32,000 nt of DNA from Nostoc punctiforme PCC 73102 (GTDB lineage: Bacteria; Cyanobacteriota; Cyanobacteriia; Cyanobacteriales; Nostocaceae): the NCBI RefSeq assembly GCF_000020025.1, contig NC_010631.1:270001-302000 (forward strand), in the 5' to 3' direction. The notes under the pieces are model-generated. The model searched no databases and had not been told where the DNA came from. It was given only the letters and a program-made list of their open reading frames with translations. How positions within the stretch are numbered: the first letter of the stretch is position 1; every line of letters starts with the position of its first letter. The translations under genes were made by a program, and so were the position numbers. This document shows positions 23,150 through 31,859 of the stretch, in pieces.

Positions 23150-24605
23150 GTCAATACCGTTGCCAATTTACGAGGGTTCAACACCTGTGGAAAGGGGATG
23201 AATACGTCCCAAAGAAGTGAGCTTGGCAAAAATTTGGGCTAGTAAAATAGGCTCAGGCTTTTGAGGAAGTATTTTTAACATTTCATGAACATATCGAAAA
23301 CCACGGTAATAAGCTTTCAGGTCAATAATGCCAGAACCAGGATTATGTTTACGGAAATCAGCTAGAAGATGATGGGATAAATTGACCATAAAGAATGCAA
23401 TATTAGCAGCATTAGTCACAGCAGTTTGGCTCAGATTCATAAAATCTTCCAAGCCCCAGAATTGCTTGGCATCCCGAAAATTAAACTCGATTTGGAAACG
23501 AAGCTTGTAATAGTCAATAATTCTGTCAGCCGTCAAATCTAAGTCGCTGGAAAATAAAATTACATGGCTACGTATATTGGCTTTAAGATTAGTTTTGACT
23601 AAAATAACTACATTGAGAGACTGAGCAAATTCTTTGTGAAGAAGAGTAGCTTGATAAATATCAGTTTGAATTCCATCTTCAATATCACTTTTACACAAAT
23701 ATTTCTCAGGTAGATTACGGTAGTCTAGTTTTTCCCCGTATTTACGACGAGAACGTTTATTCGAGTCAGGATTTTCATAAGGGATGTATAATGCTGAATC
23801 ATGGCGCAGCTTGGAAATTATGTGCAAGTTAACTTGTCGTACCATCTGCAAGGCATTGTTGTTACCAAAATGACCATCTACTACCAAGTATGTCAAGGGG
23901 ATAAAGTTAGCTACTAGCTCAAATAGTGAGTTAATCATCTTTTTAATTAACAAGAGTTCAGATGTTAATATCACTTCGGTTTTGTTTTTATTCTTACTGC
24001 CTTTCGGTCGTCCCCGTCCACGTTTCTCTTTAGCTTTTACTTTTTTGATTGGCAAGGTGTTATTTATTTGGGCATCACTTTTAATTACCTGTTCTATTCC
24101 AATCGGAAATGATTGCCTTCCTTCTACGCTTACTAATGACAATACGAAGAAAGATAAACCATTAATTGGTTTACTAGCCAGGCTAGAAAAAAATCTATCT
24201 ACTCCGTAAGTTTGCTTCCCCGATTTACTAACTACAACTTCATCTCCTGCAAGCAAATACACATCATTTTTTCGCCACAAATGTTGACGAAAAAACAGCC
24301 AAAACAATGTTGCCCAAGGTATTACTGTAGAAAAAAATCTCCCCATTGTCCGATAGCTACCGCCATCACCTGCCCAACGGGCAATTCCCAACATCGTGAC
24401 TCGACCACTTAGAGCTAACATTGCCAGGATAATTTGGTTCAATTGCCGCATCGTTGTCGCGTTTATCTGCGGTAGCAGGCATTGCAGGAGTGATAAGATA
24501 TCGGGCATGGGTTGATTGTGGCTTTTGAGTTGTCGTTTGGGAAGACAATAACTCTACTACATCAGCCCTCTCTCTTCACCCTCTGATTTTGGCTAAGGTA
24601 TTGAC
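23150..24605 (-). mobile_element. IS4/IS701-like insertion sequence (1456 bp)
   Basis: A single DDE transposase ORF is bracketed by imperfect terminal inverted repeats: GTCAATACCGTTGCCAATTTACGAGGGT (23150-) versus the reverse complement of the 24605 end, GTCAATACCTTAGCCAAAATCAGAGGGT. No clear target duplication was seen. Confidence 0.7.
23168..24508 (-). CDS. IS4-superfamily (IS701/IS4-like) DDE transposase (446 aa)
   Basis: The N-terminus (LLPQINATTMRQLNQIILAMLALSGRVTMLGIARW) and blocks such as YLLAGDEVVVSKSGK, LVVDGHFGNN and YKLRFQIEFNFRDAKQ are typical of cyanobacterial IS4/IS701-type transposases. Confidence 0.75.
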   Translation of the reverse strand: MPDILSLLQCLLPQINATTMRQLNQIILAMLALSGRVTMLGIARWAGDGGSYRTMGRFFSTVIPWATLFWLFFRQHLWRKNDVYLLAGDEVVVSKSGKQTYGVDRFFSSLASKPINGLSFFVLSLVSVEGRQSFPIGIEQVIKSDAQINNTLPIKKVKAKEKRGRGRPKGSKNKNKTEVILTSELLLIKKMINSLFELVANFIPLTYLVVDGHFGNNNALQMVRQVNLHIISKLRHDSALYIPYENPDSNKRSRRKYGEKLDYRNLPEKYLCKSDIEDGIQTDIYQATLLHKEFAQSLNVVILVKTNLKANIRSHVILFSSDLDLTADRIIDYYKLRFQIEFNFRDAKQFWGLEDFMNLSQTAVTNAANIAFFMVNLSHHLLADFRKHNPGSGIIDLKAYYRGFRYVHEMLKILPQKPEPILLAQIFAKLTSLGRIHPLSTGVEPS

Positions 24606-24607
24606 CT

Positions 24608-24883
24608 AAGCAAGACCATTTAAATAACAGCTTATTAAACCAGATACGTTATCAGGTTGAAATATTAGAAGTTCATAATCCCAAGTTAGCCAGACTGTTA
24701 TGTAAACTAATTCCATCCCATTGTCCTTTTGAAAGAACTGTATCAATTTTAGGGCGGACACTTTTTCACATTCCCCCATTATGTAAAATCAATCCTCTCT
24801 ATGAACAAATAATTGGTCTTCGTTATAAGTGTTTGTTGTATTTAGTAGATGAATGCGGTGAAGACGCGACAAAGTATTGTTGA
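24608..24883 (+). pseudogene. 5'-truncated Mo-dependent-nitrogenase C-terminal-domain family gene, cut by the IS
   Basis: The frame is open from the first base after the IS end to the TGA at 24881-83. It reads ...NPKLARLLCKLIPSHCPFERTVSILGRTLFHIPPLCKINPLYEQIIGLRYKCLLYLVDECGEDATKYC, containing the CPFER and LCK.NPLY motifs. There is no in-frame ATG, GTG or TTG start. Confidence 0.6.
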
Positions 24884-24941
24884 ATGGTGATTCTATTTAG
24901 TAAAAAGAGAGAGGAGCTTGGTTTAAAATCTAGATAATGCT

Positions 24942-26492
24942 TTACTCCTGCAACTCAGTAAGCTTTTGTTGATATTCTTTGTACTCTTTGTCTTTATGCT
25001 GCCAGTATTTATCAACTGTTTCTTTAGCAGCGATCGCACTATCGTATTCATCTCCACCTTGGCTTAATAATCGCTGTTTGGTTTGCTTTCGTAAGTCAGA
25101 GACAATTTTGCCATTAACTTTACGCGTTTTTGACCAATCTAGAATCACTTTAGGATAATTACTAGTTTCAATATATTTCTCTTGTTCAATTTCTAGTAAA
25201 CTGTAGCCGCGCAGTTCTGGTATCCAGTGGTAAATAAATTCTCCTAGTGGGTCTTTTTCGGCAATATTTTTTGATGGATTATAGATCCGAAAAGTATCAC
25301 TAAGTGGATTAGTTACACCAGCTTGCATTTGCCATTGCCAATTATCAATTGCTAAATCTCCATCGACCAAATAGTTCATGTAGTGTTTAGCTCCGTGATG
25401 CCATGAAACCCCACAATTGATAGTTAAAAAAGTGGCGCACATTGCCCTCATGCGAAAATTCATCCAGCCCATTGTTTGAAGTTGCCGCATACTGGCATCA
25501 ACTAAGGGAAAGCCTGTCATTCCTTGTTGCCAAGCTTGGTACAATTCTTGTTTTGCTCCTGACAATGTTTCTGGGGTATATAATTTGTCAAACTCCCTGT
25601 AACGATTAGTGTAAGCAATTTCTGGATGAAAATAGAGTCGCTGTGTAAAACTATCATGCCAGCGCAAACGGTCTCGAAATGCTTTGAGGGAGAATTCTGC
25701 CTTGGGTTGAGTTTTTAATTGTTCTGCTAAGGCTTTAGTGCTTTGGTAAACAGTGCGAGTTGAAATAGTCCCAAAAGTCAGGTGTGGTGATAAATGAGAT
25801 GTTGCCCCAAGCTGTGAGAGCATTGGGCGAGAAAGCTTCCAATGGTATCCGTAATATCTTTTTTTGAGAAATGAGTCCAGTTGAGCTTGTGCTTGTGTTT
25901 CACCCCCTGGGAAATAAACTTTTTCTACTGCCCAAAAGCGATGGTATTTCTGTTTAAGTTCTTCAAATGTTAGCTGTGGTAGATTGAGTGTGATTTGAGG
26001 CGTATTAATAATTGCTGGTGTTTTATACTGGGATTGTCTTTGATAGGTGTAGTATTCGTTAACCCACTCGTCACGTTGCTCTGCTGATTGCAGAAAGTTG
26101 TTTAGTCCAATGTGATAATCAAGATTTAACTGTTTGTAAAAATCAACTATAGTTTTATCCCGGTTGATACCATACTCTACCTGTACATCACGGTTAAAGA
26201 AAAGCTTGGGTTTATATCCTCGCTCGGTTAACTGTCTAGTCAACTCTTGCACGATGCCTGTAGAATTACCTTCAAATAAGTACAGCCGACTACTTAACTT
26301 TTGCAGATTTGAGTTGAGTTTTTCCAAAGACTCAAACAAGAACCGGACTCTAGCAGTCCCGACATCAGCCCAGGTATAAAACCAAGGGTCAATAATGAAG
26401 AATGGCAAAACTCTTGCATCGTTACCAGATGAAGAGGTGACAATTTCGTTATCAGTTAAACGCAAATCTCGACGAAACCATAGAAGGTGCAT
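24942..26492 (-). CDS. cryptochrome/photolyase family FAD-binding protein (516 aa)
   Basis: The N-terminus has HLLWFRRDLRLTDN (photolyase alpha/beta domain). The C-terminus has the FAD-binding block TGFPLVDASMRQL..GWMNFRMRAMCATFL...GAKHYMNYLVDGDLAIDNWQWQ. The subclass was not determined. Confidence 0.85.
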   Translation of the reverse strand: MHLLWFRRDLRLTDNEIVTSSSGNDARVLPFFIIDPWFYTWADVGTARVRFLFESLEKLNSNLQKLSSRLYLFEGNSTGIVQELTRQLTERGYKPKLFFNRDVQVEYGINRDKTIVDFYKQLNLDYHIGLNNFLQSAEQRDEWVNEYYTYQRQSQYKTPAIINTPQITLNLPQLTFEELKQKYHRFWAVEKVYFPGGETQAQAQLDSFLKKRYYGYHWKLSRPMLSQLGATSHLSPHLTFGTISTRTVYQSTKALAEQLKTQPKAEFSLKAFRDRLRWHDSFTQRLYFHPEIAYTNRYREFDKLYTPETLSGAKQELYQAWQQGMTGFPLVDASMRQLQTMGWMNFRMRAMCATFLTINCGVSWHHGAKHYMNYLVDGDLAIDNWQWQMQAGVTNPLSDTFRIYNPSKNIAEKDPLGEFIYHWIPELRGYSLLEIEQEKYIETSNYPKVILDWSKTRKVNGKIVSDLRKQTKQRLLSQGGDEYDSAIAAKETVDKYWQHKDKEYKEYQQKLTELQE

Positions 26493-26965
26493 AAAGGTGC
26501 ATAGTTTAATTTACCACTACTATAATACATTTGTATTAACAGGTGATTTTGCTGTCGAAGTTGAGTATTTATAGCAGATGTAAACTATCCTGACTGCGCT
26601 GACTTTACACAGTGCAACGAACCGAACAAGTAAGTTCTAGTTATAAAACTGCAAGGGTAGCGGATGTAGGGCAATATTTAAAAGTCAAAAGTTTACATCA
26701 GGGCAGATGTGCCCTCATTTTTAAGATGGATATCAGGTAAGTGTGCGTTAGAATTGAATGAGTGGCAACTTGACTAATTTGAAGCTAAATTAAAAAATCG
26801 AGGGTAAAAGTTGCTCACAGGGCAAAGTTTAATAATTGGGTCATTGATAAGTTATTTATACAGGATTCGTGGTAAGCAATAAAAATACTGTCAAAGAAAC
26901 TGTATGCAAACGGTATAACCCAGAACTAGCTATGTACAAGATTAATATTTACAAGCTTTAAAAGT

Positions 26966-27472
26966 ATGGCTAAGGTAACAATTTCAATTGCGCTAACTGA
27001 TACAGAAGTCAAAGCTTTATCGGCAATGCAGATTTCTGAAAATGAGTCATTGAATCATACAGCAACAAGATTGCTCCAGGGAATCCTGGGTCAGACACAA
27101 CCTGGGCTAGCGTTATCTAATGGTGATGAGATTAAGGAAATAGTTAAACAGGAAGTAAATGCTTTAGCTGTGTTTACACCTGATGGGGAAGACATAAAAC
27201 AGGTGATTAAGCAAGAGATGGCAGATGCGATCGCTCAGATAAAGGACTTAATAGAAAAGTGTGATGGTGGAGTTGTCCTACCAAAGCAAGAGGCTATCTC
27301 TGTTGAGCAGCAAGTCTTACCAGATTATTCAGCAATACGCGAAAATATCCTTTCTAAATTGAAAACAGGTAAGCAGTCAGCAGCCAAGGCAATTGATGCT
27401 TTTATTGAGGAACTGGGTGCTGTCAAGGAGCAACAACAGCCAGCAACAATGGAATTAGATGTAGCGAGTTAG
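26966..27472 (+). CDS. hypothetical protein (168 aa)
   Basis: ATG ORF, helical and acidic, containing an internal repeat (GDEIKEIVKQEVNA / GEDIKQVIKQEMAD). No family recognised. Confidence 0.5.
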   Translation: MAKVTISIALTDTEVKALSAMQISENESLNHTATRLLQGILGQTQPGLALSNGDEIKEIVKQEVNALAVFTPDGEDIKQVIKQEMADAIAQIKDLIEKCDGGVVLPKQEAISVEQQVLPDYSAIRENILSKLKTGKQSAAKAIDAFIEELGAVKEQQQPATMELDVAS

Positions 27473-27492
27473 GATTTTTGTACTGGCGACTA

Positions 27493-27681
27493 TTAACCAG
27501 TCAACTTAATCACACCTTGGCTGACTAAATGTTCAAGCTGAGAATGATGCTGTGTTTGCTCCCGTAGCAACTTGAGTTGCTCGTAAGTGAGAATGTGTAA
27601 TCCGGGACGAACAACATAACCTTGAATGGTAATGCTTTGTGGTTGCTGGCTATCGGTGCGGTTGTAGGAAATTGAAGGCAT
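27493..27681 (-). CDS. hypothetical protein (62 aa)
   Basis: ATG ORF convergent with the previous gene. No family recognised. Confidence 0.4.
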   Translation of the reverse strand: MPSISYNRTDSQQPQSITIQGYVVRPGLHILTYEQLKLLREQTQHHSQLEHLVSQGVIKLTG

Positions 27682-27952
27682 ATTTACATTATCTAAGTTA
27701 GAACTGATTAGTAGAAGAAAGTTTAATTCTTCATTCCCTTACAGCTTCACACAAGTTCCTCTTAAAAGGTGATAATAGGATGAATCAATGCCAAAGCATA
27801 CAGAAAATTCCTAATAGAAGCGCTCTATGTTATGCAAGTTTTGTAAAAAAGAGGAGCAAAGAGTTAGATTACGATAATTTTATATAACAAAGCAGTTAAT
27901 AGTCGGCATGGCTAACACTCTATAGATTTGTAATACATGGGAGTCAAAAGTT

Positions 27953-28441
27953 ATCGCAATTCCAAAACAACTAATAAACTCGCAAATCAAGTCACCCCAA
28001 GTTTTCTTGATTGACCATGAGAATAATAATCGTGGTTTAACCGATACCAATGAAGCATTACAGCTAGCCGAAAGCCTAGAGTTAGACCTAGTATTAGTGT
28101 CTGAAGGAAAAGAGGCTCCAGTTGCAAAGATTCTGAATTATGGCAAGCTTCAGTATCAAAAGAAAAAGCGTCAGGCACAAAGTGCTAGACCAGTAGTAAA
28201 AGAAGTTCGGTTTGGTTTGAATATAGGTGTAGCTGATTATAAGTTACGTATTGAACAAGCAGTTGGGTGGTTGAGTAAAGGTGATTCGGTGAAGTTTGCT
28301 GTTCGTTTACGAGGTCGAGAACATCAATATCGTGACCAAGCTGGAGAACTACTAGACCGGGTTGTAAGTGATCTGAAGTCTGTAGGTAAAGTTCAATCAC
28401 TTGATAAGCGTTCACTAATTGCTTTAATCATTCCTGCCTAA
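27953..28441 (+). CDS. infC: divergent translation initiation factor IF-3 paralog, probable non-AUG start
   Basis: INSQIKSPQVFLID....EALQLAESLELDLVLVS....PVAKILNYGKLQYQKKK matches the IF-3 N-domain and linker. VKEVRF......DYKLRIEQAVGWLSKGDSVKFAVRLRGRE.....AGELLDRV matches the IF-3 C-domain. The frame is open from 27926 with no in-frame ATG. Candidate starts are ATT 27926, ATC 27953 (GGGAG lies 9 nt upstream), ATT 27959, ATA 27974 and TTG 28007 (track). Confidence 0.75.
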   Translation: MAIPKQLINSQIKSPQVFLIDHENNNRGLTDTNEALQLAESLELDLVLVSEGKEAPVAKILNYGKLQYQKKKRQAQSARPVVKEVRFGLNIGVADYKLRIEQAVGWLSKGDSVKFAVRLRGREHQYRDQAGELLDRVVSDLKSVGKVQSLDKRSLIALIIPA

Positions 28442-28905
28442 ATTACTTTTTAAGAGATATCTTAACTCTAGAAGTGCGATCGCTCTATTCATCCTTGTGA
28501 AGCGTCGGCGTTAATTAAATTATTGTTGCTGGTTAAACCCAATTTCTGCCGTAAAGGGTAAACTTCGAGCTTTCACACCAAAACCATAGCCAAGAGCTAG
28601 ACCTGTTATAACCAGAATAAACAGCGTCAGCATTAATCCATTATTAACTGTCATTTGCTGGAAAACACTAATTTTTATACCTTTAGTTTAATCCAGCTCA
28701 AACATTCTCCCCGGACTTGGTTGCCAATAACGATGTTTAGCCCACCTGATTGTGATGCTCCCAAAAGGAGTCGCCTTCTTGCGATCGCTGGATCAACTAA
28801 AAGCTGATCATATAAATGGTGGCGCAGCCATCACATAAGTTAAGGCAACATATTTTGTTATCAGTATTAAAGTTTAAGGCTAATTACTTTTTTAACAAAT
28901 TAAGT

Positions 28906-29310
28906 ATGAGTTCAATCACCGGAACAATTACAATTAACGTACAGGCTGACGATAATGGACAGTATGTTTGTGAACTGTTGTCATCTGTTGACCAGCCAAG
29001 AGATGAAATTCGTTGCTGCGGGCAAACCAGAGAACACGCTATAGCTATTGCATTAGAGCAGTTGGCCAGTAAATATCGTCAGATTGCCGAAGAGGGCCAA
29101 AATAAGGATTGGCTTGCAGTGGAGCGTTCTGAGTCTGGAGAAGCAATACAAAAGCATTATCATGTGATTTTGCATTATGAACGCGTTGGCAGAGCAGAGT
29201 CTAAGTTTGAAGCCATGCAGGACACGCTAATGGGAAATACAGTAGTTGAAAATGCCAAAGTTACTTTGATTGAGATTGATGCAAATTTACCAGTCCAGCC
29301 TATAGCTTGA
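28906..29310 (+). CDS. hypothetical protein (134 aa from MSSITG)
   Basis: The ORF track starts at 28816, but the internal ATG at 28906 avoids the low-complexity leader. No family recognised. Confidence 0.5.
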   Translation: MSSITGTITINVQADDNGQYVCELLSSVDQPRDEIRCCGQTREHAIAIALEQLASKYRQIAEEGQNKDWLAVERSESGEAIQKHYHVILHYERVGRAESKFEAMQDTLMGNTVVENAKVTLIEIDANLPVQPIA

Positions 29311-29606
29311 TGGCATTGAGGCGATAGCTCAAATGTTGATTAACCAATAACTCGAAGTCTATGTCGGCGTAATACGAAACCTACTCCAATTGAGCCTATA
29401 CTAAAGATTGCCGCGTGCGTTACTCCTCGGCTCTGGATCGGTTGGTTGTTCATGAGCTTTGCCCGATAAATTCTGAATGCAATCTTTAAGAGACATTTTG
29501 CCATAGTGCGATGTCTACGATGGGCTGCGCCTACGCTCATTTATTGAATTACCGATTTTCCTCAACTAGTTATTGACTAAGGCTTTAACTGAAATACAGT
29601 ATCAGG

Positions 29607-30014
29607 TTAGTTAATCGAGCTTCCCTTCCCGTCATGCACGTTGATTGCATTGTCTACATCAGCTAATGTTTCATATTGTTTGAAAGGCAACCATTTCAAA
29701 GCGCGCAGGACTTTCTCATCAACACCTTTCTCTTCAGCATACTTAACCAAGTCTTTTTTACTGAGTGGATAGTTAACTGCAATCAAGTTTTTCTCTAATT
29801 GTATTGGGCTAATCTTAGTAATGAATATTTCATCAACTAATTTGACCACATCAGCCAGGGTTTCATATTGTTTTGAAGGCAATTTCTTCAAAACTCGCAG
29901 AATTTTTTCGTCAACACCTTTATCTTCAGCATACTTAACCAAGTCTTTCTTGCTAAGGGGGTAGTTAACTTGGTTCAAATTTTTTTGTAGCTGCACTGGA
30001 TTCAGTTTAGCCAT
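29607..30014 (-). CDS. tandem DUF2795-domain protein
   Basis: Two copies of the unit LQKNLNQVNYPLSKKDLVKYAEDKGVDEKILRVLKKLPSKQYETLADVV / LEKNLIAVNYPLSKKDLVKYAEEKGVDEKVLRALKWLPFKQYETLADV. Confidence 0.7.
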   Translation of the reverse strand: MAKLNPVQLQKNLNQVNYPLSKKDLVKYAEDKGVDEKILRVLKKLPSKQYETLADVVKLVDEIFITKISPIQLEKNLIAVNYPLSKKDLVKYAEEKGVDEKVLRALKWLPFKQYETLADVDNAINVHDGKGSSIN

Positions 30015-30191
30015 AATAAACCTCCTTATGCTCTGACACTATGGATTCAGTTAGATATTTTAGATATTTGCAATCAGTTATGTTCATCTTTCTTCAATTA
30101 TTAAACTTCCTCAACGGATCTATGACAAGCAAATAGGGAGCGATCGCACCAAGCTCACTATCTTCATGCGATCCAAGTTATTCGGAGCTTT

Positions 30192-31211
30192 TTATTGTGG
30201 AATGCGTTCAGCCCCGAACTTGCGCTGATGCCAGTAAGGATAGATTGGCGTGATCGCGCTAGCCTCATTGAGTCGATTGACTTCCTCTAATGTTAGCTCC
30301 CACTGAGCAGCACCAAGGTTGTCTCGAAGTTGTTGTTCATTCCGCGCTCCGACAATAACGGATGTAATACCAGACTGACGTAACAGCCAGTTGAGCGCAA
30401 CTTGAGCAACACTGACACCACGGTTATTAGCTACTTCGTGCAGAACTTCCACAATGTCGTATCCCTTTTCCAAGTCACTAACAGTGCCAATATCACCGAT
30501 CTTTGCTCGTCGCGTCCCCTCCGGTTGGGACTGACCACGACGATACTTACCTGAGAGAAAACCAAAAGCAAGCGGACTCCACACTAAGATACCCACACCT
30601 TGATCTAAAGAAAGAGGAATTAGTTCAAATTCCAACTCTCGCGCCACAAGCGAGTAATAAACCTGTTGTGACACATAATGCTCCAAGTTCAAACGCTCTG
30701 ATACGGACAGCGCTTTCATTAAATGCCAAGCTGAATAATTAGAGCAGCCAATGTAGCGAACTTTGCCACTATGTACAAGTGAATCTAAAGCGCGAAGTGT
30801 TTCTTCTAGTGGAGTCAAAGCATCGAAACCATGAACTTGGTAGAGGTCGATGTAATCTGTGTCTAATCGTCTTAGGCTGTCCTCACAGGCTCGAATCAGA
30901 TGATAACGTGATAGTCCGGTATCATTTACTCCTTGTCCCATACGACCATAAGCCTTAGTTGCAATAATTACATCAGAACGACGCTTTCCGAGAGCTTTAC
31001 CAAGAATTTCTTCAGAAAGTCCATTCGAGTAAACATCTGCTGTATCAAAGATGTTGACACCTGCATCAAGGCAAATATCAATCAGATGTTGCGCCTCGTC
31101 TACCTGAGTCGCCCCAATTTCTTGGAAGAAGTCACTACCACCAAAGGTCATTGTACCGAAACTGAGAACCGAAATCTTGAGACCGGACTTTCCTAAAAAT
31201 CGCGTTTCCAT
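30192..31211 (-). CDS. aldo/keto reductase family oxidoreductase
   Basis: FDTADVYSNGLSEEILGKAL, IATK, IDLYQVHGFD, VRYIGCSNYSAWH and SVIVGARNEQQLRDNL are canonical AKR blocks. The 339-aa length fits. Confidence 0.9.
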   Translation of the reverse strand: METRFLGKSGLKISVLSFGTMTFGGSDFFQEIGATQVDEAQHLIDICLDAGVNIFDTADVYSNGLSEEILGKALGKRRSDVIIATKAYGRMGQGVNDTGLSRYHLIRACEDSLRRLDTDYIDLYQVHGFDALTPLEETLRALDSLVHSGKVRYIGCSNYSAWHLMKALSVSERLNLEHYVSQQVYYSLVARELEFELIPLSLDQGVGILVWSPLAFGFLSGKYRRGQSQPEGTRRAKIGDIGTVSDLEKGYDIVEVLHEVANNRGVSVAQVALNWLLRQSGITSVIVGARNEQQLRDNLGAAQWELTLEEVNRLNEASAITPIYPYWHQRKFGAERIPQ

Positions 31212-31300
31212 CGCTGTTACTCCTTGAAGCCGTGCCTATTTGCAGCAGATCAAGTGAGCATTTTCTCACGTAATGGTAAATATGAGGCGAAAAGAAAACT

Positions 31301-31578
31301 ATGTCTTCCAATCAGTTCAATAATTCGATGAGAGTAAAAGTTGTCCCACTTAATCCAACGTGGTCAGTGGACTTTGAGGTGGATCAGAGCAAATTGCATT
31401 GGTGATGGGAGAAAATATTATTTCGATTCACCATATTGGTAGTACTGCAATTTTGGGCATTTATGCTAAACCTGTGATTGATTTTTTGATTGAAGTCAAA
31501 GATATTCACAAAACTGATGTACAAAGTGCAGCAATGGCAGCAATAGGGTATGAACGAATGGCACTAAGACTCATGTGA
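31301..31578 (+). pseudogene. decayed GrpB (UPF0157) family gene
   Basis: Frame 1 reads MSSNQFNNSMRVKVVPLNPTWSVDFE... and then hits a TGA at 31403-05. The GrpB core (GENIISIHHIGSTAILGIYAKPVIDFLIEVKD) continues in another frame and ends prematurely at 31576-78, where the palindromic element begins. Confidence 0.6.
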
Positions 31579-31731
31579 AACCTTGTGAGGGCAGGGTGTT
31601 GGGTGTTGGGTTCCAGACAATTGAATGCGAGTGCATCAAGTAGTTCAACATCTTCTTAATTCCCTACACCCTACACCCCACACCCAAAAGCTAGGAATAC
31701 CAGGGATTTATGCTTTTCTTAGTGCCATTCG
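31555..31731. repeat. imperfect palindromic element carrying inverted heptamer (STRR-like) repeats
   Basis: The 14-bp perfect arms are CGAATGGCACTAAG (31555-68) and CTTAGTGCCATTCG (31718-31). Inside are GGGTGTT repeats (31594-31612) facing CCCTACA/CCCCACA repeats (31662-31685). Confidence 0.7.
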
Positions 31732-31859
31732 GTTGTGTGCTGCTATTACGTCTTTAAGCTTGGATGTAAAATTTGTAAATTTTGTCAAAGTAGATTTTAT
31801 AAATCAAAAACATCCTTCATACTTTAAAACAGTAATCCTACGTAAAAATTGAGGAAGGG

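Noticed and set aside
23118-24630. AATAACAGC present on both sides of the IS (23118-26 and 24622-30), considered as a 9-bp target-site duplication.
   Set aside because: The copies lie 23 and 16 bp outside the inverted-repeat termini, and the intervening sequences are not inverted repeats of each other. This is probably coincidence.
28520-28653. A small minus-strand membrane-protein ORF (MTVNNGLMLTL...).
   Set aside because: On careful re-reading the frame hits TAA after 15 codons. The hydrophobic continuation is in another frame without a start codon.
29340-29540. The 66-aa minus-strand ORF, and the 12-nt inverted match GGCGCAGCCATC (about 28821) / GATGGGCTGCGCC (about 29521) flanking the 134-aa gene.
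   Set aside because: The ORF is Arg/His-rich with no start context and overlaps a GC-rich motif (CGATGGGCTGCGCCTACGC) that resembles small dispersed repeats of Nostocales. The inverted match is too short and imperfect to call a mobile cassette.
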